The position numbers and the translations under genes are program-made. Below, piece by piece: positions 40,834 through 49,283 of a stretch of DNA of 64,000 nucleotides. Source of the DNA: Alphaproteobacteria bacterium. GTDB lineage: Bacteria; Pseudomonadota; Alphaproteobacteria; RF32; CAG-239. The stretch covers positions 8,116 to 72,115 of the forward strand of contig SUUX01000006.1 of NCBI GenBank assembly GCA_015062305.1. Reading direction: 5' to 3'. Each line of letters starts with the position of its first letter. Within the stretch, counting starts at the first letter, position 1. A model generated the notes under the pieces. That model was not told the DNA's origin. It searched no databases and saw only the letters and a list, made by a program, of their open reading frames with translations.

Positions 40834-42870
40834 ATGAAAACTAACGACCTGTCTTCGGACATCGCACCGGCAAAACTATTGCCTAAAGATTTTAACAAAA
40901 AAAAGTTCAACATTTCTTATGCTGTAACCACAGACCCATATCTTCAAGAAATTCAAAATCTTTCCAGATCACAATGCATGGGCAAAAAAGTTTGGCAACC
41001 AATCTCTCAAATAAAAGGCTGGATGGTCTCTGCTGAAACCGCCACTTTCATGAAATGGGGTGGCTTAGGCATGATAGCTACCGAATTACCAGAAGCCTTC
41101 AACAAATGTTTTGCTGATAAAGGAGAAAAACTCACTGTTGTGACCCCTATCTATATTGGCAACACCGGCAAAAAAAAGGCCGAGATTAAAGACAACGTCT
41201 ATTTGGGAGCAGAACACAAAAGCGTCAATCTAACCAAGATCAAGACCATAGATATCCCTTTTGTTGGAGACAAGCAGGCTCTAGTCAAACACAAAGTAGA
41301 TGTCTACACTGGCAGTTTTAATGATACCGACTACATATTCCTCAGCAGCGACCGTTTTTTCAATATAGACCCTCATCCGGAAAACCCCACTGCTCAAGAT
41401 GGTTGCTATATCATGAACAAGCACGGCATCAACGAGGTTGAGCGCTTTGCTTTTTTCTCCAAAGCCGTATATGTTCTCATAAAAACCATTTTTGAAGACA
41501 AAATTCCCGAGCTTTCAGCTCCCAACATTATTATTGCCAACGACTGGCACAGCGGAGCTCTTTCTGGACTACTCAAATATCTTACTGTTGCTCAAACTCG
41601 CAGCAAAGAGATGTCATCAGAGCTAGCCCGCAAGCTAAAAACATTGCCTGTTGTCCACATTGCGCACCATCTAGGTTACCAGGGTTGGGACTATGACAAC
41701 ACAGCCAAAATACTCAACTCTTTGTATGGACACAATTCAACTTTGGTTCTCAAAAACGCCAAATCCATCAAAAACAGCAACCCCCGTGCCACCAACACTC
41801 TAATTGTTCACGATTGCTACAACCAATCTTCTTGCAATTTTCATTTGGCAGATAGGGTTGTTACTGTTTCTCAAAATTATCTGGAAGAAGTATCCAAAGA
41901 ACTGGAATTTGGCCTAGATTTCAGAGACATCTTAAAAATCCGCAAAGACCATCGTAATTTCTTTGGCATCGTAAATGGTTATGACAAAAAACTCATATCT
42001 CCCAACTCTACCAAAATAGATACCGTAAACAAATATTTTGGCAACACAAATTTCAAAACCTACGATGAAAACAAATTAGAAAACAAACTCCACAACAAGC
42101 AAGAATTCATCAAACTGATTTCAAAAATTGCCACAGATAAAGACTACAAACAAAAAGTCATACCCCTTATTGGCACCTACAAATTTGAAGACATCAGCAA
42201 AGCCATAAAAGATATTTCCAAAACACCTATTGTTTGTGCCACCAGTCGTTTGGTAGAACAAAAGGGCTATGACATTGCCGCTCAGGCCATCTTAAATATA
42301 TCAAAAAGACACCTCTCTACCAAGAGAGAGCATCCTATTTTCATTTTGGGCGGAGCCGGAGACATCAACTATTTTGAGATGCTCACCAAACTAAAAGACA
42401 AAGTAATCGCTCTCAACCCCAAAGTAGCTGAGCGCATTTTTGTTTTCCACGGATACAAAGATGAATTCGCTTATGCCATCCAATTAGCATCAGATTTTTA
42501 CATGATGCCATGCCGTTTTGAGCCTTGTGGCCTCACCCAAATGGAGGCAATGGCCAAAGGAGCTCTTCCTGTTGCCATGTCAACCGGCGGTTTGGTAGAC
42601 ACCATAGAAGACGGCGTAGATGGTTTCAGAACAGATGTTTTCTTTAGCAACAATCGCCGTGTCTACGGTCCAAACCTCATAGCCCAAAGACTCAAAACAA
42701 ACGAAAACGCCTATACAGAAACCTTAGACAAAGCCCTAAACACTTTCTATCAAACTCCAAATCTCATAACTGCAATGCAAAAAAATGCCATGCACAAAGA
42801 TTTTAGCTGGGACGTAGAAAACGGCTCTGTTTACAAATATCACAATTTGTTATCTACAGGTCACTTATAA
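40834..42870 (+). CDS. GT5-family glycosyltransferase (glycogen/starch synthase GlgA-like), atypically long (678 aa)
   Basis: KWGGLGMIATELP (GlgA KTGGLGDV-like). IIANDWHSGA (HAHDWH). SRLVEQKG. RFEPCGLTQMEAMAKGALPVAMSTGGLVDTI (EPCGLTQL...RRTGGLADTV). Confidence 0.75.
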   Translation: MKTNDLSSDIAPAKLLPKDFNKKKFNISYAVTTDPYLQEIQNLSRSQCMGKKVWQPISQIKGWMVSAETATFMKWGGLGMIATELPEAFNKCFADKGEKLTVVTPIYIGNTGKKKAEIKDNVYLGAEHKSVNLTKIKTIDIPFVGDKQALVKHKVDVYTGSFNDTDYIFLSSDRFFNIDPHPENPTAQDGCYIMNKHGINEVERFAFFSKAVYVLIKTIFEDKIPELSAPNIIIANDWHSGALSGLLKYLTVAQTRSKEMSSELARKLKTLPVVHIAHHLGYQGWDYDNTAKILNSLYGHNSTLVLKNAKSIKNSNPRATNTLIVHDCYNQSSCNFHLADRVVTVSQNYLEEVSKELEFGLDFRDILKIRKDHRNFFGIVNGYDKKLISPNSTKIDTVNKYFGNTNFKTYDENKLENKLHNKQEFIKLISKIATDKDYKQKVIPLIGTYKFEDISKAIKDISKTPIVCATSRLVEQKGYDIAAQAILNISKRHLSTKREHPIFILGGAGDINYFEMLTKLKDKVIALNPKVAERIFVFHGYKDEFAYAIQLASDFYMMPCRFEPCGLTQMEAMAKGALPVAMSTGGLVDTIEDGVDGFRTDVFFSNNRRVYGPNLIAQRLKTNENAYTETLDKALNTFYQTPNLITAMQKNAMHKDFSWDVENGSVYKYHNLLSTGHL

Positions 42871-42930
42871 CTATCCTCCCCATCAAGGCGGAGAAGCTCC
42901 TTTCCCCTTGATGGGGAAAGGTTAGGATAG
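42871..42930. terminator. GC-rich nested palindrome between the convergent GT and flagellin genes (bidirectional terminator or REP-like element)
   Basis: Outer CTATCCT/AGGATAG. Inner CCCCATCAAGG/CCTTGATGGGG. A GGAG..CTCC mini-hairpin in the loop. Confidence 0.5.
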
Positions 42931-42950
42931 GGGTGACATTCCTTCAAAAC

Positions 42951-45020
42951 TTAAAACAATTTCAACACACCTTGAGAGGCTTGTGACGCCAGCGATAGGG
43001 CATTAATCGCCAATTGTTGACGAGTTTGCAAAGCCAGCATATTGGCAGATTCTTCATTCATATCCGCCAAAGTGAGCTTATCTGAGCCCTCGGTGAGGAT
43101 GTTTATTAGGTTTTCGGTAAAATCTTGTCTGTTCATCACAATGCTATAATTATTGCCAAGTTCTCCGGAAAATGCACGCAACTGATTTATGGCTGATGTC
43201 AGTTCTCCTATTGAGCGAGAAATATCTTCAACCGTTGCCCATTCTGTTGTGGTTAGCCCGATATTTGCGGCAGAAATATCTTTGCCTACCACATCAATAA
43301 AAGCACTGCCATCTTCATTAAATTTGATTTTCAGAGTTTCATTTTTGAGCAGGTTTACACCCTTGTATTTGGCATCATCAATCAAGTCATCATATTGATT
43401 CAAAATCTTTTGATATTGGCTGATATCATAGCCATCTGCCGGAGCCTCACCACCACCGGCATCACGGCGCAGGCTAAACGCCACCGGATTCTCACTACCT
43501 CCAACCGTGATGGTGCTAAAGGTGCCCCAATCAGAACCATCTCCAGTAAAATCCTTCATTCCGGAGATGTCTGTATAACTTGACCATTCTAAATCCCCTA
43601 AGTTTTTTAAGCTCATAATTTTGGCTGAGGAACCATCTTCAGAAAGGCTGACGATAATACCAACTGCGGTTTTGCTACCTTTATAGGTATCATAATCATT
43701 GGCACTACTATAGGTAAAATCAGAGTACATTATATCGCCGATTTTAGGAGTTGCATTACTGCCATCAGCAGATTTCGCACTACCATCGGTGAAACAATTT
43801 TCTAAAAGCTGGAAACTACGAACTGAATAGGTAGTACCTTTAGTATAGTTGTAACGACCACCGCTATCGGTAACGAGACTCCAAGAATAGCTGTTGCTTC
43901 TCTCAGAAGACGACCAAATGAAAGAAGCTAATTGCTCTGCATCTGCACCCAATTTGCCCAAAGCTGTATTTATGGTGTTGAAATGCTCTGCATCAGCTCC
44001 TGCGGTTCCAAAATATTCACTATCTGATATCTGTGTTGTATCTGTGCCATACAAGCCATCAGCTAATTCGCCAATAGATGGCAAATACCAGGTGCCTTTA
44101 CCAAAATTGGCATCTTTTTCGCTAACAACATAATAGTTATATGCCGCATCTGCCGCCGGAGTATCTGCTTCTGTTTGAGTAACCAACAATTTTGTGTTCA
44201 TCTCACCATCATAAACAACCGCTGCATCGGCATTAAACACCTTGCGTGCCAACTCTCCATTGGTAGAAATATTTTTGGCTGTATCCAATGTTATTTGTGA
44301 GTTCCCTTCAGCAACCACGCCATGCACATAGTCACCGCTGGTTTTGATTGTAATATCGCTCAAAGTAATTTCGGCACCATTGCTAGCCAAAATAGCTCCG
44401 GTTGAACCATAAATAACGCCATTTGTTGAGGTATAATCCAGCTCAATATTTGATACTTCCACACCGGTGCCAGTAAATTTGAGCAAATTGTCGCCACCAC
44501 TATAACTTATTTTATTGCCGTTACCATTTATGATAATATCACTCTCACTAATCTCCAAAGGAGCGTCTAGCACCAAATCATCGGCAAGCACCAATTTGGT
44601 TGCTCCTCCTGCTATCAAGGTTTTTATATCATCGGCACTGGCTCCGGCAGAAATAACCTCATAACCATCATCAATAAAATCTTGCAATTTGTCTTCTTTG
44701 GACAAAGAATTTCCGCTTTCATCAAGAACTTGAGTAGCTACCGCTTTGGCTTGCTCCAAAAAAGAGGTGGCGGTTTCAATAGCTGTGGTAGCGGCTTTGA
44801 TGGTCTGAATTCCTTGCCCCATAGAGTCAAGCAGGGCATCGAGGTCATTGGCTCTGTTGTTCAAAGAACGTGCCGTATAAAAAGAAGAGGGATTATCAAT
44901 GGCAGAATTAACCTTTTTGCCGGTGGATAGACGTTCTTGGGTCAAATCCATCAGACTACTGGTCTTTTGCAAGCTCAGCAAATTGCTGCGCATGCTTGCT
45001 GTCAAACTAATCTTTGCCAT
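42951..45020 (-). CDS. fliC: Flagellin-family protein with a large (about 400 aa) central beta-helix-like domain
   Basis: N-terminal D0/D1 ...QERLSTGKKVNSAIDNPSSFYTARSL... C-terminal ...MLALQTRQQLAINALSLASQASQGVLKLF. Central region has repetitive G/S/T/N-rich beta-strand-like segments. No other flagellar genes in the window. Confidence 0.8.
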   Translation of the reverse strand: MAKISLTASMRSNLLSLQKTSSLMDLTQERLSTGKKVNSAIDNPSSFYTARSLNNRANDLDALLDSMGQGIQTIKAATTAIETATSFLEQAKAVATQVLDESGNSLSKEDKLQDFIDDGYEVISAGASADDIKTLIAGGATKLVLADDLVLDAPLEISESDIIINGNGNKISYSGGDNLLKFTGTGVEVSNIELDYTSTNGVIYGSTGAILASNGAEITLSDITIKTSGDYVHGVVAEGNSQITLDTAKNISTNGELARKVFNADAAVVYDGEMNTKLLVTQTEADTPAADAAYNYYVVSEKDANFGKGTWYLPSIGELADGLYGTDTTQISDSEYFGTAGADAEHFNTINTALGKLGADAEQLASFIWSSSERSNSYSWSLVTDSGGRYNYTKGTTYSVRSFQLLENCFTDGSAKSADGSNATPKIGDIMYSDFTYSSANDYDTYKGSKTAVGIIVSLSEDGSSAKIMSLKNLGDLEWSSYTDISGMKDFTGDGSDWGTFSTITVGGSENPVAFSLRRDAGGGEAPADGYDISQYQKILNQYDDLIDDAKYKGVNLLKNETLKIKFNEDGSAFIDVVGKDISAANIGLTTTEWATVEDISRSIGELTSAINQLRAFSGELGNNYSIVMNRQDFTENLINILTEGSDKLTLADMNEESANMLALQTRQQLAINALSLASQASQGVLKLF

Positions 45021-45116
45021 CTATCTTTCTTTGAAAAAACACTAATTTCTTGTATATTACATTATATATAGTGATGAACAAACATCTTTTGAACCTCTGT
45101 GGATAAGAACCGACAC

Positions 45117-45145
45117 AAAAAAGCACTCATTTCAGAGTGCTTTTT
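45117..45145. terminator. Rho-independent terminator after hydA (bidirectional form)
   Basis: A6 GCACTC atttca GAGTGC T5. Confidence 0.6.
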
Positions 45146-45160
45146 GTGTAGTTTTATGGT

Positions 45161-46930
45161 TTATTTACCATACTTGTTACGAGCAACATAATGAGTATGC
45201 AACAAGTGATGGGCTTTTTCCCCACCAGCCTTACCCAAATATTCTTTATACAAGGTTTTTACAGACTCATTATGATGAGACAAACGATTAGCTGCTTTCA
45301 GATCTTCATTCATCAATCCTTTCGCACGCTTTTTACGAATATCATCGGTAATGCCTCTCGGTTTTGGCTGTCCAGGCAACATTACTCTTGGCTGTCCACC
45401 ACCAGAGATACAGCCTCCACGGCAAGCCATCACCTCAACAAAGTGATATGGCATTGGCTCTCCATTTGCCCTTGCTTCTCTAATTCTATTGAGAATAACC
45501 TCAATATTTCCACAACCATGAGCTACAGCTATTCTTATCTTAGTGTCATTGATTACAATTTCGGCCTCTTTAATGCCCTCTAAGCCTTCTATAGCCTTAA
45601 AATTCACTTCACCCAGCTCTTCTCCAGTAATATAGAAATAAGCTGTACGCAAAGCCGCCGTCATAACACCTCCGGTCACACCAAAGATTGTTCCAGCACC
45701 GGAATATTCTCCCAACGGACTATCTGCCTCTTCTTCTGGCAGATTTCTAAAGTCGATTCCGGCTTGTTTTATCATTCTGCAAAGTTCTCTGGTAGTCAAA
45801 GAAACATCAACATCTTGATATCCGGAAGAACTCATATCTTTGCTTCTGGTAATCTCCCATTTTTTTGCAGTACATGGCATTATAGAAACCACCCTTATCT
45901 TAGATGGATTTATTGCCATTTTCTCTGCATAATAGGTCTTAGCCAAGGCCCCAACCATAGATTGAGGAGATTTACATGTTGAGAAATTATCTATCATATC
46001 ATGATGATATTTTTCCAACATATCAACCCAAGCCGGACAACAAGACGTAAACATCGGCAAACTTTCTGGATTCTTGGTAAAACGATTTACAAACTCTGTT
46101 GCCTCTTCTATAATCGTCAAATCAGCACCAAAGTTGGTATCAAACACCTTATTAAACCCTAGTCTGCGCAATGCGGCATAAGTCTTGCCAGTCAAGTTTT
46201 TACCAAACTCATAGCCAAACTCTTCACCTATTGCCACTCTCACAGCCGGAGCAATCTGCACCACAGTAATCAGCTCTGGATCACAAAGCATATCCCATAC
46301 TTTTTGTGTCTCATCATACTCCACAATAGCCCCTGTTGGACAATGCGCTGAACATTGTCCGCATTTAATACAAGGACTATCCGCCAAAGGAATACCTCCG
46401 GCAGCAGTAATTCTTGTTGCCAAACCTCTGTTTAGATAGCTCAAAGCCCAAACATTTTGCTGGTTCTGACAAACCTCCACACAGCGGCCGCAAACCACAC
46501 ATTTAGAAGGATCAAGCACTATAGACTTTGTTGAATCATCTTTTTCCAACTTTTTAGTCAAGCTTGGCAAACGAGAAGAAGAAATCCCAAACGTATTTGA
46601 CAGGTCTTGCAGTTCACAATGCCCGGAACGAATACATGTCAAACACTCATTGGGGTGATTGCTCAAAATCAGCTCCAAAACCGTACGTCTTACTGCAACA
46701 ATTTCAGCATCTCCGGTAATCACTTCCATACCTTCGGCAACAGGTGTACAACAAGAACGCAAAATTCTGCCATTCACTTTCACAATACACATTCCGCAAC
46801 CGGCACTTGGATCAACATCTGGATGCTTACAAAGGGTCGGAATATCTATATGAGCCTTTCTTGCTGCCTCTAAAATGCTTGTTCCAGCCGGAACTTCAAC
46901 CTCAAAATTATCTATTTTTAACTTTACCAT
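45161..46930 (-). CDS. hydA: [FeFe]-hydrogenase catalytic subunit HydA (M3-type: 2Fe-2S + His-ligated 4Fe-4S + 2x[4Fe-4S] + H-cluster)
   Basis: H-cluster motifs L1 FTSCCPAW, L2 MPCTAKKWE, L3 EVMACRGGCISGGGQP. N-terminal NuoG-like CxxC..C. HPNECLTCIRSGHC. CVVCGRCVEVC and CIKCGQCSAHC. Confidence 0.9.
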   Translation of the reverse strand: MVKLKIDNFEVEVPAGTSILEAARKAHIDIPTLCKHPDVDPSAGCGMCIVKVNGRILRSCCTPVAEGMEVITGDAEIVAVRRTVLELILSNHPNECLTCIRSGHCELQDLSNTFGISSSRLPSLTKKLEKDDSTKSIVLDPSKCVVCGRCVEVCQNQQNVWALSYLNRGLATRITAAGGIPLADSPCIKCGQCSAHCPTGAIVEYDETQKVWDMLCDPELITVVQIAPAVRVAIGEEFGYEFGKNLTGKTYAALRRLGFNKVFDTNFGADLTIIEEATEFVNRFTKNPESLPMFTSCCPAWVDMLEKYHHDMIDNFSTCKSPQSMVGALAKTYYAEKMAINPSKIRVVSIMPCTAKKWEITRSKDMSSSGYQDVDVSLTTRELCRMIKQAGIDFRNLPEEEADSPLGEYSGAGTIFGVTGGVMTAALRTAYFYITGEELGEVNFKAIEGLEGIKEAEIVINDTKIRIAVAHGCGNIEVILNRIREARANGEPMPYHFVEVMACRGGCISGGGQPRVMLPGQPKPRGITDDIRKKRAKGLMNEDLKAANRLSHHNESVKTLYKEYLGKAGGEKAHHLLHTHYVARNKYGK

Positions 46931-46932
46931 GG

Positions 46933-48624
46933 TTATTTCTCCTCTCCGGCTGGTTTTGCATCTACAAGTTTATCCAAATATTCTTTTTCAAAGAACTTCA
47001 GCGTCGACAAAACAGGATTCGGTGCTGTTTGACCAAGACCGCATAATGATGCTTTTTGCATAGCCGTTGCGATTCTGCGCAAATCCATCAAATCTTGCTT
47101 TGTTCCTTTTCCTTTGTTTATTTTTTCCAGCAGCAGCAGCATTTGTTTTCCGCCAATTCTGCAAGGAGCGCACTTTCCACAAGATTCATCAACTGTAAAG
47201 TCTAAATAGAAGTTAGCGATATTAACCATGTCAGATGTATCATCCATCACTATCATACCGCCAGAACCCATAATAGAACCAACTTTCTTAAGCTCTTCAT
47301 AGCACACAGGTAAATCCATACTTTCAACTGGAATAACACCCCCAGAAGGGCCACCTGTTTGCACCGCCTTTAGCTTTTTGCCATTGGGCACTCCGCCTCC
47401 AATTTCATTTACAATTTCATTAATTGTTGTTCCCATCGGAACTTCAATCAATCCAGAGTGTTCTACTTGTCCTGTCAAAGCAAAAACTTTTGTTCCCTTA
47501 GAGGTTTCTGTTCCAAAAGAAGCAAACCAATCAGCCCCTTTAAGAATAATTTTTGCAATATTTCCTAAAGTTTCTACATTGTTCACACAAGAAGGCTTAT
47601 TCCACAATCCTTTATCTGTCGGATACGGTGGACGAGGACGAGGAGTTCCTCTTTTTCCCTCAATAGAGTGAATCAAGGCCGTTTCTTCTCCGCAAACAAA
47701 AGCACCGGCACCCAAACGAACTTCAATATTAAAATTAAAGTCTGTGCCCATAATATTGTTTCCTAGCAGTCGATTCTTTTTACAAGCCTTTATCGCCTTT
47801 TCTAGTCTCTCTACCGCCAGCGGATATTCGGCACGCACATAGAACCAACCTTGTGTAGCACCGATTGCATAAGCTGCTATCATCATTCCTTCAATCACAG
47901 AGTGAGGATCACCCTCCAAAATAGAACGATCCATATATGCTCCGGGGTCTCCTTCGTCTCCATTGCATATAATAAATTTCTCATCAACTGTTGGAACTTT
48001 TGCTGCCAATTCCCACTTCATACCGGTAGAGAAGCCTCCACCACCACGGCCTCTCAAACCAGATTTTTTAATTTCAGCCACAACATCGGCAGGCTTCATT
48101 GTCTTCAAAACTTTTTCCAGAGCCAAATACCCGCCTCTTGCAATGTATTCTTGAATATCTTCAGGATCCATATGTCCGGCATCTTTCAACACCACTTTCT
48201 CTTGTTTGGTAAAGAAAGGCAGATCCAAAGATAAAACATGGTCCTGCAAAAACGGAGGCAAAACATATTCTTCACCTGCTTGTTTTTTCAGTGCCGGAAC
48301 GACATGCTCTGTAACAACTAATCTGGCAATCAAAGGTTCAACCCTTTTATACAGAACATCTTTTTGCCCTTTAACTTCCACTCTAATCAATGGCCCTTGA
48401 GCACACAACCCCATACAGCCGGTTGCCACGATTCGAACCTGATCCTCAACACCATGTTCCACAATAGCATTTTTCAAAATATCTATGATATCATCACTTC
48501 CCGAAGACTTACAGCCTGTAGAGTGGCAACAATAAATGCTACAACGATACCTGTCTAACTCTGCATTTTTGTTCTTAGCGATTTCATGAATATCAAATCT
48601 TTTATCCAAATCCATATCAGCCAT
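46933..48624 (-). CDS. hydB: [FeFe]-hydrogenase flavoprotein subunit HydB (NuoF-like, NAD(P)H/FMN/4Fe-4S, N-terminal Trx-like 2Fe-2S)
   Basis: FMN motif GRGGGGFSTGMKW. 4Fe-4S ESCGKCAPCRIG. N-terminal CCHSTGCKSSG...GCMGLCAQGP. 563 aa. Confidence 0.85.
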   Translation of the reverse strand: MADMDLDKRFDIHEIAKNKNAELDRYRCSIYCCHSTGCKSSGSDDIIDILKNAIVEHGVEDQVRIVATGCMGLCAQGPLIRVEVKGQKDVLYKRVEPLIARLVVTEHVVPALKKQAGEEYVLPPFLQDHVLSLDLPFFTKQEKVVLKDAGHMDPEDIQEYIARGGYLALEKVLKTMKPADVVAEIKKSGLRGRGGGGFSTGMKWELAAKVPTVDEKFIICNGDEGDPGAYMDRSILEGDPHSVIEGMMIAAYAIGATQGWFYVRAEYPLAVERLEKAIKACKKNRLLGNNIMGTDFNFNIEVRLGAGAFVCGEETALIHSIEGKRGTPRPRPPYPTDKGLWNKPSCVNNVETLGNIAKIILKGADWFASFGTETSKGTKVFALTGQVEHSGLIEVPMGTTINEIVNEIGGGVPNGKKLKAVQTGGPSGGVIPVESMDLPVCYEELKKVGSIMGSGGMIVMDDTSDMVNIANFYLDFTVDESCGKCAPCRIGGKQMLLLLEKINKGKGTKQDLMDLRRIATAMQKASLCGLGQTAPNPVLSTLKFFEKEYLDKLVDAKPAGEEK

Positions 48625-48629
48625 TATGC

Positions 48630-49109
48630 TTACTCCTCTTCCTCGCTAAGTTTCTTGCGCCATTCATCCAAAATATTACGAACATCACCCGGAGTTACAC
48701 GACCATAGGTTTTGCCGTTCACCACACAAACCGGAGCCAATCCGCAGCATCCGACACATCGAACACTTTGCAAATGGAACATTCTATCCGCAGTACTTTC
48801 GCCTTCTCCGATTCCCAATTCTTTTTTAAACTCTTCTAATACTTTATCATTACCTTTTAAATAACAAGCGGTACCCGTACAAACCGAAATAACCGCTTTT
48901 CCTGGAGCATCTAGCTTAAAAAAGTTATAAAAAGTCAAAACCTCATAGATTCTAGCCAAAGGGATTCCCATTCCTTCTGCAACAGCCATTGCATCTTCCC
49001 ATGGTATAAAACCCTTCACACCTTGAATCTCATGCAAGGCCATAATCAAAGAGCCCCGCTTTTTATGCCACTTGGCTGCAGCTTGTGCCGCCAAAGAATT
49101 ATTTTCCAT
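48630..49109 (-). CDS. hydC: [FeFe]-hydrogenase 2Fe-2S subunit HydC (NuoE-like)
   Basis: VCTGTACYLKG...CVGCCGLAPV thioredoxin-like 2Fe-2S ligands. 159 aa. First gene of the hydCBA order. Confidence 0.8.
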   Translation of the reverse strand: MENNSLAAQAAAKWHKKRGSLIMALHEIQGVKGFIPWEDAMAVAEGMGIPLARIYEVLTFYNFFKLDAPGKAVISVCTGTACYLKGNDKVLEEFKKELGIGEGESTADRMFHLQSVRCVGCCGLAPVCVVNGKTYGRVTPGDVRNILDEWRKKLSEEEE

Positions 49110-49283
49110 AAGTGTCTCCTTTTATAATTATGTTTGTTCTAGCAACATCTTAGATGTAAAAATATTGGCATTCAAGAAGATTCTTTTTCCACCCCACAAT
49201 TTTAAGTTTTTTTACCTTTGCATACCAAAAATTTACATATTTTTTGTACTATCTGCAAAATTTTTGTTTCTTAATCTAATTAT

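Noticed and set aside
42951-45020. Checked the flagellin central domain for a flagellinolysin-type HExxH zinc-protease motif
   Set aside because: No HExxH present (only AEHFN). The insert looks like a non-enzymatic beta-strand repeat domain.
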